Source: an uncultured Gemmatimonadaceae bacterium
GTDB taxonomy: Bacteria; Gemmatimonadota; Gemmatimonadetes; Gemmatimonadales; Gemmatimonadaceae
Reading direction: 5' to 3'
Assembly (NCBI GenBank): GCA_963761305.1
Contig: CAVXGK010000001.1
Location: 704,001 to 768,000 of the forward strand
Length of the DNA stretch: 64,000 nt
Below are positions 1 through 9,135 of the stretch, piece after piece. Within the stretch, counting starts at the first letter, position 1. The number at the start of each line of letters is the position of its first letter. The notes beneath the pieces are model-generated. The model saw only the letters and a list, made by a program, of their open reading frames with translations. It made no database searches and was not told the origin of the DNA. The translations under genes and the position numbers were made by a program.

Positions 1-389
1 ATCTCACCCCGGATGGCCTCACAGGCGGCGTTCTCGATGGCGGTCTTACCGCTGCGCACCGGCATGCGCAACAGCTCCACCCCCTGCGGGGCGTACGAGC
101 GGACGATAGAGTCGGTGGCGTCGGTGGACGCATCGGAGACGACGATGATTTGGCGCCGGTCGGCCGGATAGTCCTGGGCGAGCAGCGCCTCGATCGCCCC
201 GGCGATCTGTCGCTCTTCGTTGTACGCTGGTACGACAACGGTTACGGTGGGCTGAATTCCTCCCGGAACGGCTCGAGTCCTACCCTCGCGGCCCTTGGCC
301 ATGAACCACAAGAAGGCCGGGTAGACGCCGTAGCCGTACAGCATCAGGCACGGAGGCAAGAGCACGAGCGTGTACGCGACGGCGATCAT
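1..389 (-). CDS. GT2 family glycosyltransferase (5' part; runs off the window edge)
   Basis: Manual translation from ATG at 389: MIAVAYTLVLLPPCLMLYGYGVYPAFLWF...TVTVVVPAYNEERQIAGAIEALLAQDYP...IIVVSDASTD, the GT2 N-terminal signature after a TM helix. Confidence 0.9.
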   Translation of the reverse strand, partial: MIAVAYTLVLLPPCLMLYGYGVYPAFLWFMAKGREGRTRAVPGGIQPTVTVVVPAYNEERQIAGAIEALLAQDYPADRRQIIVVSDASTDATDSIVRSYAPQGVELLRMPVRSGKTAIENAACEAIRGE

Positions 390-618
390 CTGGGAACTGG
401 TTCGGCGAGGGTGTGGGGATCGGCGGGCGGCTTCGGAGTCCGGCGAGACAGGGACCGCCGGCGATGTGTCAAGGTCATTTGGTCTAACAGGCTGTTCCAG
501 GCAAGAAAGGTTGCTTGTCTAATCAAGCCTCGTCGATAGCTTAACATGTTGTGCCTCAAAGGCCTCGGGACACGCCCAGAGGCCGCTGCAACGCCAGACG
601 CCGCCGAGCTCCGCCCGC

Positions 619-2070
619 ATGGCCACTCCGCTTAGACGTCCGCCAGTTCGACGTCCGCCGATTCAGGGACCGGGGCGACCGCCCGTGCGGGCAGGACGGT
701 TCGCGGCCTCGCGCCCACGTGATGGCAATACCGCGGCGGCGGCCGCCCACAAAGCGACGAGCTTCTTCAAGGATCCGTTTCGAATCGGCATCTCCCTTCT
801 CCTGATCGACACGATCAGCAAGACGAGCGGAGAGATTCCCGCCGCGGCGTCGATACGCCCGGGCCTTCTGCTCTTTGTGGGTTGCGCGTTCTACGCCGTG
901 CTCAATTCGAAGAAGGTGCTCAACCTGCACGTATTTCAATACCGCGTGCCGCAAATGATCGCCGGTCAGGCGCTGATCGCGTGTGGATCGGCGCTTTTTG
1001 GAATCTCGCTGGGCCACTCCGCCGTCTACATCATCACGACCTACTGGAAGACACTCGCGCTCGCGTTTCTGCTCCTCGTGAGTCTTCGAACGATCGATGA
1101 TGTTCGCCGGATGGTGTGGGCGACGGCGGCCGGCGGCCTGCTGCTGGCGTTCGTCTCGGTCTTCGTCAATCACGTGTCGAAGACGCGAGGCGGCGCGGTG
1201 TACGACGCGAACGACATCGGCACGATCGTGGTAATGACGCTGCCGCTGGTCATATTCGCCGCTCAGATGAGCAAGGGCCTCGTACGCATGCTCTGCATCG
1301 CGGGGCTCCTCATGATCGCGGCGTGCATCGTGCTTTCTGAATCCCGCGGCGCGTTCGTCGGCACGCTATTCGTCGGGGCCGCGATTCTGTTGTTCCTGCC
1401 AGGGATTTCCGCCGTCAAGCGAATCATGTACGTCGCGGCGATCGGTACCACGCTGGCCGTGTTCGCGCCAGCGGGCTACTGGGATACGATCATCAACACC
1501 TTCACGAATCCGACGGCCGACTACAACTGGGATGCTGGCCAGGGGCGACGTCAGCTCGCCAAGCGCGGCATCGGCTACATGATGGACTATCCGATCTTCG
1601 GATTGGGCATCGACAATTTCGAGATGGAGGAAGGGTTGTTGTCCGATTACGCGCTGTCCCAAACGGCGCGTGGCATCGGGGTGAAATGGTCGGCCCCGCA
1701 CAACTCGTGGGTGGAGGCCGGGGCGGAGACGGGAATTCCCGGCGTACTGTTGTGGGCGGCGCTAGTGGTGGGCAGTTCCGTGTCGCTGATCAAACTTCGG
1801 AAGCGGATGCCGAAGTCGTGGGCCAGCGACGGAACACCCGATCAACGCTTCGTCTATCTCGCGACGCTGTACGTACCCATCGCCCTGCTGGGCTTCGTCG
1901 TCTGCGCCACCTTCGTGTCGTTCGCGTGGAGCGATCAATCTTACGTGCTGCCGGCGATCGCGATGGGAGTCCAGATGGTCTGCGAGAAACAGTTCGGCCT
2001 CAGCCTACGAGCTCCCGCGCCGCGCGTTACGCGCGCGGGTCGCGGCGCGCTGAGACCCAGCGCTCTCTAG
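619..2070 (+). CDS. O-antigen ligase / Wzy polymerase-family membrane protein
   Basis: ~10 hydrophobic segments; SESRGAF, PIFGLGIDNF and APHNSWVEAGAETGIPG motifs typical of Wzy_C/O-antigen ligase. Confidence 0.85.
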   Translation: MATPLRRPPVRRPPIQGPGRPPVRAGRFAASRPRDGNTAAAAAHKATSFFKDPFRIGISLLLIDTISKTSGEIPAAASIRPGLLLFVGCAFYAVLNSKKVLNLHVFQYRVPQMIAGQALIACGSALFGISLGHSAVYIITTYWKTLALAFLLLVSLRTIDDVRRMVWATAAGGLLLAFVSVFVNHVSKTRGGAVYDANDIGTIVVMTLPLVIFAAQMSKGLVRMLCIAGLLMIAACIVLSESRGAFVGTLFVGAAILLFLPGISAVKRIMYVAAIGTTLAVFAPAGYWDTIINTFTNPTADYNWDAGQGRRQLAKRGIGYMMDYPIFGLGIDNFEMEEGLLSDYALSQTARGIGVKWSAPHNSWVEAGAETGIPGVLLWAALVVGSSVSLIKLRKRMPKSWASDGTPDQRFVYLATLYVPIALLGFVVCATFVSFAWSDQSYVLPAIAMGVQMVCEKQFGLSLRAPAPRVTRAGRGALRPSAL

Positions 2071-2098
2071 CCTTCGGGCCTTCATTCTGGACCGACGT

Positions 2099-3295
2099 GT
2101 GTCGCCGGACCCCAACGTTGTCCTGGTAACCGACGGCGAGCAGCGCGCGGCCCTCGCGGCCGTCCGGTCGCTCGGAGCGTCGGGATTCAGAGTGATCGTC
2201 GCGTCGACCCGAAAGAAGTCGCTCGCCGGCGCATCGCGATTCGCCCATCGCCGAATTCAAGTTCCATCCGCGCTCGACGACTCGGCCGCGTTTTTCGCCG
2301 GAATCGAGACGGCGGTGCACGAGCACTCGGTTGGCCTCCTCATTCCCATCGCGGACGACTCCTTGCTCCCGATCCTCGACGCGCGGCATCGCCTGCCGGG
2401 AGTGACGATTCCGTTCGCCTCCCTCGATCAAGTTCGACGCATCTCGGACAAGGCGACGCTCCTCGACGTCGCGCGCAGCCTCGGGATCGCCGTCCCCGAA
2501 CAGCACACGGTCGAACACGCCGACGCGGTGGACGAAACGGACTTCACCACGCTTCCGTTTCCGCTCGTCCTCAAGCCGTCGCGTTCGGTCGTCGACATCG
2601 GAGACGCGCGGAAGAAGGTGGGCGTCTCGCACGCCAGCGATCCGGCGGAACTGGCCGAGCGGCTGCGCGAGTATCCGAAACAGGCATTCCCCATCTTGCT
2701 GCAGCAGCGAATCGTCGGACCCGGCATCGGCGTGTTTCTGCTCGTCTGGGACGGCGAGACGGTTGCCGCGTTCGGGCATCGGCGAATCCGCGAACATCCG
2801 CCCTCGGGCGGCGTGAGCGTCTACCGCGAGGCAATCGTCCCCGATCGCGAGCTCGTCGCGAAGTCTCGAGCGCTACTCGACTGCTTCGCCTGGCAGGGCG
2901 TCGCCATGGTCGAGTACAAACTCGATACGCGCACGGGGGTTCCGTATTTGATGGAGGTGAACGGCCGGTTTTGGGGATCGCTGCAGCTCGCGATCGACGC
3001 GGGCGTCGACTTTCCGACGTTGCTCGCCCGGGTCTCGCAAACCGGTGCGGCGCTGCCCACCGCGACGGGGCACGCCGGGATCAAGAGCCGGTGGGAATGG
3101 GGTGACGCCAACCATCTGTTGGCTCGCCTCAGGAAATCGCGCGAGGAGCTCGCGCTTCCCTCGGACGCGCCGTCGCTCGCCCGCACGATGATGGACATGT
3201 GCACGTGGCGGCGCGGCGACCGGCTGGAGGTTCTGCGGCTGTCCGATCCGGCACCGTTCCTCCGCGAAACGATCGACTGGTTCAGACGGCGATGA
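2099..3295 (+). CDS. ATP-grasp carboxylate-amine ligase (EPS-locus type)
   Basis: FPLVLKP, LLQQRIVGPG, GVAMVEYK, LMEVNGRFWGS motifs. Confidence 0.85.
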   Translation: MSPDPNVVLVTDGEQRAALAAVRSLGASGFRVIVASTRKKSLAGASRFAHRRIQVPSALDDSAAFFAGIETAVHEHSVGLLIPIADDSLLPILDARHRLPGVTIPFASLDQVRRISDKATLLDVARSLGIAVPEQHTVEHADAVDETDFTTLPFPLVLKPSRSVVDIGDARKKVGVSHASDPAELAERLREYPKQAFPILLQQRIVGPGIGVFLLVWDGETVAAFGHRRIREHPPSGGVSVYREAIVPDRELVAKSRALLDCFAWQGVAMVEYKLDTRTGVPYLMEVNGRFWGSLQLAIDAGVDFPTLLARVSQTGAALPTATGHAGIKSRWEWGDANHLLARLRKSREELALPSDAPSLARTMMDMCTWRRGDRLEVLRLSDPAPFLRETIDWFRRR

Positions 3296-4446
3296 CGCGG
3301 CAGCGAGTGCGTGTCCTGCACGTCGTGCAGAGCCTCAACTGGGGTGGGATGGAACGCGTCGTCTCCGATTTGATCACACACACGAACGCGGACCGGTTCG
3401 AGCAGCACCTGCTGTGCCTTCAGTACCTCGGGCGTTTCTCCGAGGGATTGGAGAAGGTGGCGACGCTGCACGTCGCCGAGCCGATGTCGCGACTCTCCCT
3501 GGTCAATCCACGCACACTCGCGCGGCAGATCGCTCGCATCGCGCCGGACGTGGTTCACACGCACAGCGGTGTGTGGTACAAGACGTCGCTCGCGGCCCGG
3601 CGTGCCGGCGTCCGGCGGCTCGTCCACACCGAGCATGGGCGGCGGACGCCCGATCCGTGGTCGGACCGCCTGCTCGACGGGGCGGCGGCGCGGCGGACCG
3701 ACGTCGTGGTCGCGGTCTCCGACCGCCTCGCGCGCGCGCTGCCGCGCGCGCTCCGCGTGCGGACAGCCAAGGTGGTATGCATTCCCAATGGCGTCGACAC
3801 GCGGCTGTACCGGCCGGTGCCGGACACGGGCGTTCTTCGGCACGAACTGGGACTCTCGGCGTCGACAGTCGTCATTGGAAGCATCGGGCGGCTCGAACCG
3901 GTGAAGGCGTACGACGGTATGGTGGACGCGTTCGCCGACTTCGCGCGGCGCCCCGCCGGCCGCGAGGCGGTGCTCGTCGTCGCCGGAGAAGGGAGCACGC
4001 GCGACGCGCTCGACGCGCAGATCGCGCGGCGTGGACTATCGGGACGTGTGCACTTGCTGGGTTGGCGAAGCGATATCAACGATCTCTTATCAGCGTTTAC
4101 GATATTCTCGATGTCGTCGATGAGCGAGGGAACGTCGATCAGCCTGCTCGAGGCGATGAGCATGGGGCTTCCGCCGGTGGTCACCGACGTCGGCGGGAAT
4201 GCGGACGTCTTGGGCCCGTCGCTGTCCTCGGGTCTGGTCCCCTTCGGGAATTCCACGGCTTTGGCCGACGCCTGGGAGACGAACCTCGCCGGGCGCGAAA
4301 CGGCGAGCCAGGCGGCGCGCGCGCGCGTGCTCGGAGGATTCGACCTCGACGCGGTCGCCGCGGCGTATGAGCGTGTCTATCTCACGCATGCGGGCGAGCC
4401 AGCCGGCGCCATCGACGCGTCGCCGCGCGCGCGGATGGCGACATGA
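3292..4446 (+). CDS. GT4 glycosyltransferase
   Basis: ATGA overlap with upstream stop; VLHVVQSLNWGGMERVV, IPNGVD, SIGRLEPVK, EGTSISLLEAM. Confidence 0.9.
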   Translation: MTRQRVRVLHVVQSLNWGGMERVVSDLITHTNADRFEQHLLCLQYLGRFSEGLEKVATLHVAEPMSRLSLVNPRTLARQIARIAPDVVHTHSGVWYKTSLAARRAGVRRLVHTEHGRRTPDPWSDRLLDGAAARRTDVVVAVSDRLARALPRALRVRTAKVVCIPNGVDTRLYRPVPDTGVLRHELGLSASTVVIGSIGRLEPVKAYDGMVDAFADFARRPAGREAVLVVAGEGSTRDALDAQIARRGLSGRVHLLGWRSDINDLLSAFTIFSMSSMSEGTSISLLEAMSMGLPPVVTDVGGNADVLGPSLSSGLVPFGNSTALADAWETNLAGRETASQAARARVLGGFDLDAVAAAYERVYLTHAGEPAGAIDASPRARMAT

Positions 4447-5546
4447 AGCTGCTTCACGTCGTCGGGGCGCGCCCGAATTTTCCGAAGCTGGCGCCGGTGC
4501 ATCGCGCGGCGGAGGCGGCCGGCCTCGACCAGTGCGTCGTGCACACGGGACAGCACTACGACGACGCGCTCTCCGCGTCGTTCTTCCGCGACCTCGCGAT
4601 CCGACCGCCCGACGTGAACCTCGAAGTCGGGTCGTCGTCGCATGCCGTGCAGGTGGCGCGAATCATGGAGCGCTTCGAGCCTGTGCTCGAGCGATACGCG
4701 CCGGACTGGGTCGTGGTGTACGGCGACGTCAACTCCACCGCCGCCGCGGCACTCGTCGCGTCGAAGCTCGGGGTTCGCGTGGCGCACGTCGAAGCCGGAC
4801 TTCGCAGCTACGATCGGCGCATGCCGGAAGAGATCAATCGCATCGTGACCGATCGCCTCGCGGATCTGTTGCTCGTGCCGTCGCGCGACGCCGTCGAGAC
4901 GCTCAAATCGGAAGGCGAGCCAGACCACGAGATCGAGTTCGTCGGGAACGTGATGATCGACTCGTTGTTCTTCGCGCTGGACGCCGCGAGACAAACAGCG
5001 TTCGGGCAGTCCATCGGATTGGCTCCCGGCAGCGCGTTCGTCGTCACGCTCCACCGTCCGTCGAATGTCGACGACGACGATCGGCTCGAATCGATCGCCG
5101 GCGTTCTGCGCCGGCTGGCCGAGCACGCGCCCGTCGTCTTCGCGGCGCATCCTCGGACGGCGAAGCGTCTCGCGGCCGCTGGGACATCGCTCGGCAAGAC
5201 ACAGCTGCTCGATCCGCTGCCCTATCCAAAGATGCTGAACCTGGTGGAGGGAGCGCGCGCGGTCATCACCGATTCCGGCGGACTCCAGGAGGAGACGACC
5301 GCGCTCGGCGTTCCCTGCCTCACCGTGCGCGAGAACACGGAGCGCCCGATCACGGTGACCGAGGGCACGAACCGCCTCGTGCCGGATCCGCGCGATCTCT
5401 TCGACGCCGCGATGGCGGCGACGCGCTCGGCGATCCAACAGCGGCCCGAGGGTTGGGACGGGCGGGCGGCGGATCGCGTCGTCGCGGCGTTTTGTTCGCG
5501 CGAGACACCGACTCGCACGATTCACGGTCGGACCGGCGGGGGCTGA
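4443..5546 (+). CDS. wecB: UDP-N-acetylglucosamine 2-epimerase (non-hydrolysing)
   Basis: VVGARPNFPK, HTGQHYD, GDVNST, HVEAGLRS, MPEEINR, TDSGGLQEE, RENTERP. Confidence 0.92.
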   Translation: MKLLHVVGARPNFPKLAPVHRAAEAAGLDQCVVHTGQHYDDALSASFFRDLAIRPPDVNLEVGSSSHAVQVARIMERFEPVLERYAPDWVVVYGDVNSTAAAALVASKLGVRVAHVEAGLRSYDRRMPEEINRIVTDRLADLLLVPSRDAVETLKSEGEPDHEIEFVGNVMIDSLFFALDAARQTAFGQSIGLAPGSAFVVTLHRPSNVDDDDRLESIAGVLRRLAEHAPVVFAAHPRTAKRLAAAGTSLGKTQLLDPLPYPKMLNLVEGARAVITDSGGLQEETTALGVPCLTVRENTERPITVTEGTNRLVPDPRDLFDAAMAATRSAIQQRPEGWDGRAADRVVAAFCSRETPTRTIHGRTGGG

Positions 5547-5559
5547 CGCGCAATCATCG

Positions 5560-6984
5560 ATGCCGGGGTCTCTTCCCACACCATTCTTCGAGTCCAACGC
5601 GGGCGACGGTTCGGCCGCGCAGCGGCGTCGCCTGCTGCTCGTCAGTTACCACTTTCCGCCGGACGACGCTGTGGGTGGGCTCCGGTGGGAGCAGATGTCG
5701 AGGTTTTTCGTCGCGGACGGCTGGGCAGTCGACGTGATCATGCGCGACGTCGCCAAACTGCAATCCCCCGACATGCGGCGCCTGCAGCAACTGTCGCCCG
5801 GCATCCGGATCTACTCAGCGACGGAGACCGACCCGTTGCTCGCGCGAATGGAGAGCGGGATGTTGCGCGTGGCGCGATCGCTGCGCGCGCGGCCGCGCGC
5901 CGCGTCGGCGCGTGCGGGCGTCGGTCTCGGGGAAAGGAGAAACGACGCGGCGCCCGTCGCCGGCGCACCAAGGCCAAAGAAAAACCGCTGGCTGGTGCAC
6001 GCGCACGCGGCCGTCGTTCGCGTCGAGCGCGAAAAGGCGTGGGGCCGCGGCGCAATCGCGATCGGTGTCGCGCTCGCCCGCGCCAATCGCTACGACGTCG
6101 TCGTCAGCTCGGGCCCGCCCCACATGGTTCACGACACCGCGAGAACGCTCGCGCTGCGGTGCGGCCTTCCGCTGGTGATGGATCTGCGCGACCCGTGGAG
6201 CGCGTTCGAGCTGGAGCACGGCGACTCGACGAGCCGGGTCTGGTTCGCGATGGCGCGCCACTACGAACGCCGCGCGGTGCGCGCCGCGCGCCTCGTCGCC
6301 ATGAACACGGATCTTGCTCGCGACGAGATGCGGCGCCTTCATCCCGATGCCGCCGCTCGCATCGTCACGGTCGGCAACGGGAGCGACGACGACGCAATTC
6401 CGTCCGTCGACGCGACCGATCGATTCGTCGTCCGATTCGCCGGCTCGATCTACCTGGACCGCGACCCGGGACCGTTCTTCCGAGCCGCGGCGACGGTCGC
6501 GCGACGCCTCAACTTGACGCCAGCGCAGTTCGGCGCCGAGTTCATCGGCCAGGTGCACATGTTCAACGGACAAAGCGTTCGCGAAATGGCCGAGCGCGAG
6601 GGATTCGGCGACTTCTTGACGCTCGAGGGCGCCAGACCGCGCGACGACGCGCTGCGATTCCTCGCCGCCGCGACGATGTTGCTCAACCTGCCCCAGGCCA
6701 CGCATCAGTGCGTCCCGGCGAAGATGTTCGAGTACGTGCGGTTCAACGCGTGGCTCCTGGCGCTGGCCGAGCCCCACAGCGCGACGGCGCAGATGCTTCG
6801 TGGAACGACGGCCGACGTCGTCGCGCCCGGCGACGTCGACGAGATGGCTAACGTGATCGAGCGACGGTATCTCCAGTTCGTCGCCGGTGAGCGACCGATG
6901 CCGATCGGGGGCGACGGCCGCTTCGATCGTCGGCGGCAAGCCGAGATTCTGTTGGAGCACCTCTCGACGATCGTGTCGCGATGA
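5560..6984 (+). CDS. GT4-like glycosyltransferase
   Basis: LLVSYHFPP..VGGLRW, SSGPP, DLRDPW, VPAKMFEY. Confidence 0.8.
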   Translation: MPGSLPTPFFESNAGDGSAAQRRRLLLVSYHFPPDDAVGGLRWEQMSRFFVADGWAVDVIMRDVAKLQSPDMRRLQQLSPGIRIYSATETDPLLARMESGMLRVARSLRARPRAASARAGVGLGERRNDAAPVAGAPRPKKNRWLVHAHAAVVRVEREKAWGRGAIAIGVALARANRYDVVVSSGPPHMVHDTARTLALRCGLPLVMDLRDPWSAFELEHGDSTSRVWFAMARHYERRAVRAARLVAMNTDLARDEMRRLHPDAAARIVTVGNGSDDDAIPSVDATDRFVVRFAGSIYLDRDPGPFFRAAATVARRLNLTPAQFGAEFIGQVHMFNGQSVREMAEREGFGDFLTLEGARPRDDALRFLAAATMLLNLPQATHQCVPAKMFEYVRFNAWLLALAEPHSATAQMLRGTTADVVAPGDVDEMANVIERRYLQFVAGERPMPIGGDGRFDRRRQAEILLEHLSTIVSR

Positions 6985-7898
6985 ATCGGCGCCTCCGGGC
7001 GCTCGCGGAAGGCGCCATTCTCGGGAGCGGCATCACGCATCTGACGCGGCGCGCGCATCGCTCCCGGGTGCTGGTGCTCGCGTATCACAACATCGTGCCG
7101 ACGGGCGAAGTGATCGACGGCGATACGAACCTTCACCTGCCGCAGCGCGAGTTCGCGCTGCATCTCGATACGATCCGCCGGACGCACGACGTCGTACCGC
7201 TCACGGCGGTCCTCGAACCGCCGGCCGTGCCGTCGCGTCCGCGCGTCGCCATCACGTTCGACGACGCGTACGCCGGAGCGCTCTCCGCGGGACTCGCGGA
7301 ACTCGCTCGTCGCCAGATGCCCTCGACGATTTTCGTCGCGCCGGGACTTCTCGGGCGCGTCACGTGGTGGGATGCGCTGGCAAAACCCGGCGGCTTCGGT
7401 CTGCCGGAATCCGTTCGCGAGCACGCGCTCGAGCAGTTGGCCGGACGAGGAGAAGGCGTCGTCGAGTGGGCCCGTTCGTCGGGGAACCTGCCGGGCGGTC
7501 TCGAGGCGCGTCCACGCATCGCGCGCCTGGAGGATCTTCAGCGCGCGGCTTCGGCGCCGGGGGTGACGTTCGGTTCGCACACGTGGTCGCACCCGAACCT
7601 TCGCGCGCTGGCGTCGAACGTCGTGCACGAAGAACTCCGGTCGTCGATCGAGTGGCTCAACGCGTGGTTCCCGACGCAGACCATTCCGTGGCTGAGTTAT
7701 CCGTATGGGATTTGGTCGCAGCCGGTTTGCGAAGCGGCGGCGGAGGCGGGTTACACCGCGGCGGTGCGCGTCGACGGCGGGTGGGTCACGCGCGACGGCG
7801 GCGCGTCGCCCTACACGATTCCGCGGCTCAACGTGCCGTTCGGAATGTCCGTCAACGGACTGTCGCTGCGCCTCGCCGGAATCGCGGCAAGCCGCTGA
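6981..7898 (+). CDS. polysaccharide deacetylase (NodB/CE4)
   Basis: LAYHNI, ITFDDAY, GSHTWSHP, LSYPYG. Confidence 0.88.
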   Translation: MNRRLRALAEGAILGSGITHLTRRAHRSRVLVLAYHNIVPTGEVIDGDTNLHLPQREFALHLDTIRRTHDVVPLTAVLEPPAVPSRPRVAITFDDAYAGALSAGLAELARRQMPSTIFVAPGLLGRVTWWDALAKPGGFGLPESVREHALEQLAGRGEGVVEWARSSGNLPGGLEARPRIARLEDLQRAASAPGVTFGSHTWSHPNLRALASNVVHEELRSSIEWLNAWFPTQTIPWLSYPYGIWSQPVCEAAAEAGYTAAVRVDGGWVTRDGGASPYTIPRLNVPFGMSVNGLSLRLAGIAASR

Positions 7899-9135
7899 CG
7901 TCGCTGTCCGACGTTTCGAAAATCTCGAGCAAGCGCTTCTCGTCTTCGCGCCAGTTGTACTTCTCGGTCGCGGCCCGACGTCCGTTGTCGGCGAGCCGGC
8001 GCCGCATCGCGTGATCGCGTAGTAGAGCGACCGTCGCCGCGGCGAGCGATGCTTGATCACCCGGCTCGAACAACACGCCGGCCTGCGTTTCGTGCAACAC
8101 GCGTCGCATCGGCGGCAGGTCCGACGCGACGATCGGGAGTCCCGCGGCCATGTAGTCGAACAGCTTGTTGGCCAAGGTGATTTTCACGTGGCGGCCGGCG
8201 AGAAACGGCAGCAAGCCGATGTCGGACGTGGCGTAGAGCTCGGGCAGCGACGCATGCTCTCGCCAGCCGAGCAGCTCGACGCAGGATCCAAGGCCTCGCT
8301 CGGCGATCAATCGCTCGATGCCGCGACGCTCGTCGCCGTCGCCGACGACGATGAGGCGCGTCTTGGGAAACGCGGCGCGAATCGCTGGCAGCGCGCGCAC
8401 GGCGTCGGCCACGCCGCGATCCCACATGAGGATGCCGACGAACAGCAATACAAATTGGTCGAACTCCGGCCGATCGCGAGCGGGGTCCCGTCGCGCGGCG
8501 CGAATCGCCTCCAGGTCGTCGGGCGTGTTCCCAACCTGAATCACGCGATCGCGCGCGACGCCGAGGCCGAGACAGCGCTCGCGCGACTCGTCGGACACGA
8601 CGATGATCTTGTCGGCCCGCCGAAGCACGGCGCGTTCGACGCGGGCGGCGGCGCCGGGGCTTCTCACGATGCGGTCGCTCCACGACGCGCGGTTGAACTC
8701 GACGCGGTCGCGCAAAAACTCCGGATAGACCTCGGCCATGTCGTACGCGACCGGAATGCCGAGCCGCCGGCCGACGGCGAGCGCCGTCAGCGCCAGAGGC
8801 AGATCGCGCACGAGGATATGGTCGGCGCGACAATCGGTGGCGGCGCGCAGGATCGAAAAGAACCAGACCGGATTGACGGGGAACGGAAAGTTGATCAGGC
8901 GGTTGAGCGCGCGAACGCGGACGAATGGCAACCGCCGCACCGTCATCCAGGGCGCCTCTTCCACGCGGACCTGGCAACGGTCGTTTCGCGAGATGAGCAC
9001 GACTCGGTGGCCCGCTGAGGCCAGGCTGCGCGTCTCTTTGGCGACGCGCGTCGCTCGCCACGGCCAGTCGCCGTCGTAGACGTACAGAATCGTGTGTCGC
9101 TCGGACGTTGGTGCGCTCGATTCGGGCGGCGTCAC
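7852..9135 (-). CDS. GT4 glycosyltransferase (paralog of 24664..25926)
   Basis: GTG start overlapping asnB stop (GTGA); LLFVGILMWDRG, TLANKLFDYMAAGLPIVASD. Confidence 0.88.
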   Translation of the reverse strand: MTPPESSAPTSERHTILYVYDGDWPWRATRVAKETRSLASAGHRVVLISRNDRCQVRVEEAPWMTVRRLPFVRVRALNRLINFPFPVNPVWFFSILRAATDCRADHILVRDLPLALTALAVGRRLGIPVAYDMAEVYPEFLRDRVEFNRASWSDRIVRSPGAAARVERAVLRRADKIIVVSDESRERCLGLGVARDRVIQVGNTPDDLEAIRAARRDPARDRPEFDQFVLLFVGILMWDRGVADAVRALPAIRAAFPKTRLIVVGDGDERRGIERLIAERGLGSCVELLGWREHASLPELYATSDIGLLPFLAGRHVKITLANKLFDYMAAGLPIVASDLPPMRRVLHETQAGVLFEPGDQASLAAATVALLRDHAMRRRLADNGRRAATEKYNWREDEKRLLEIFETSDSDVSGLPRFRRGAATVR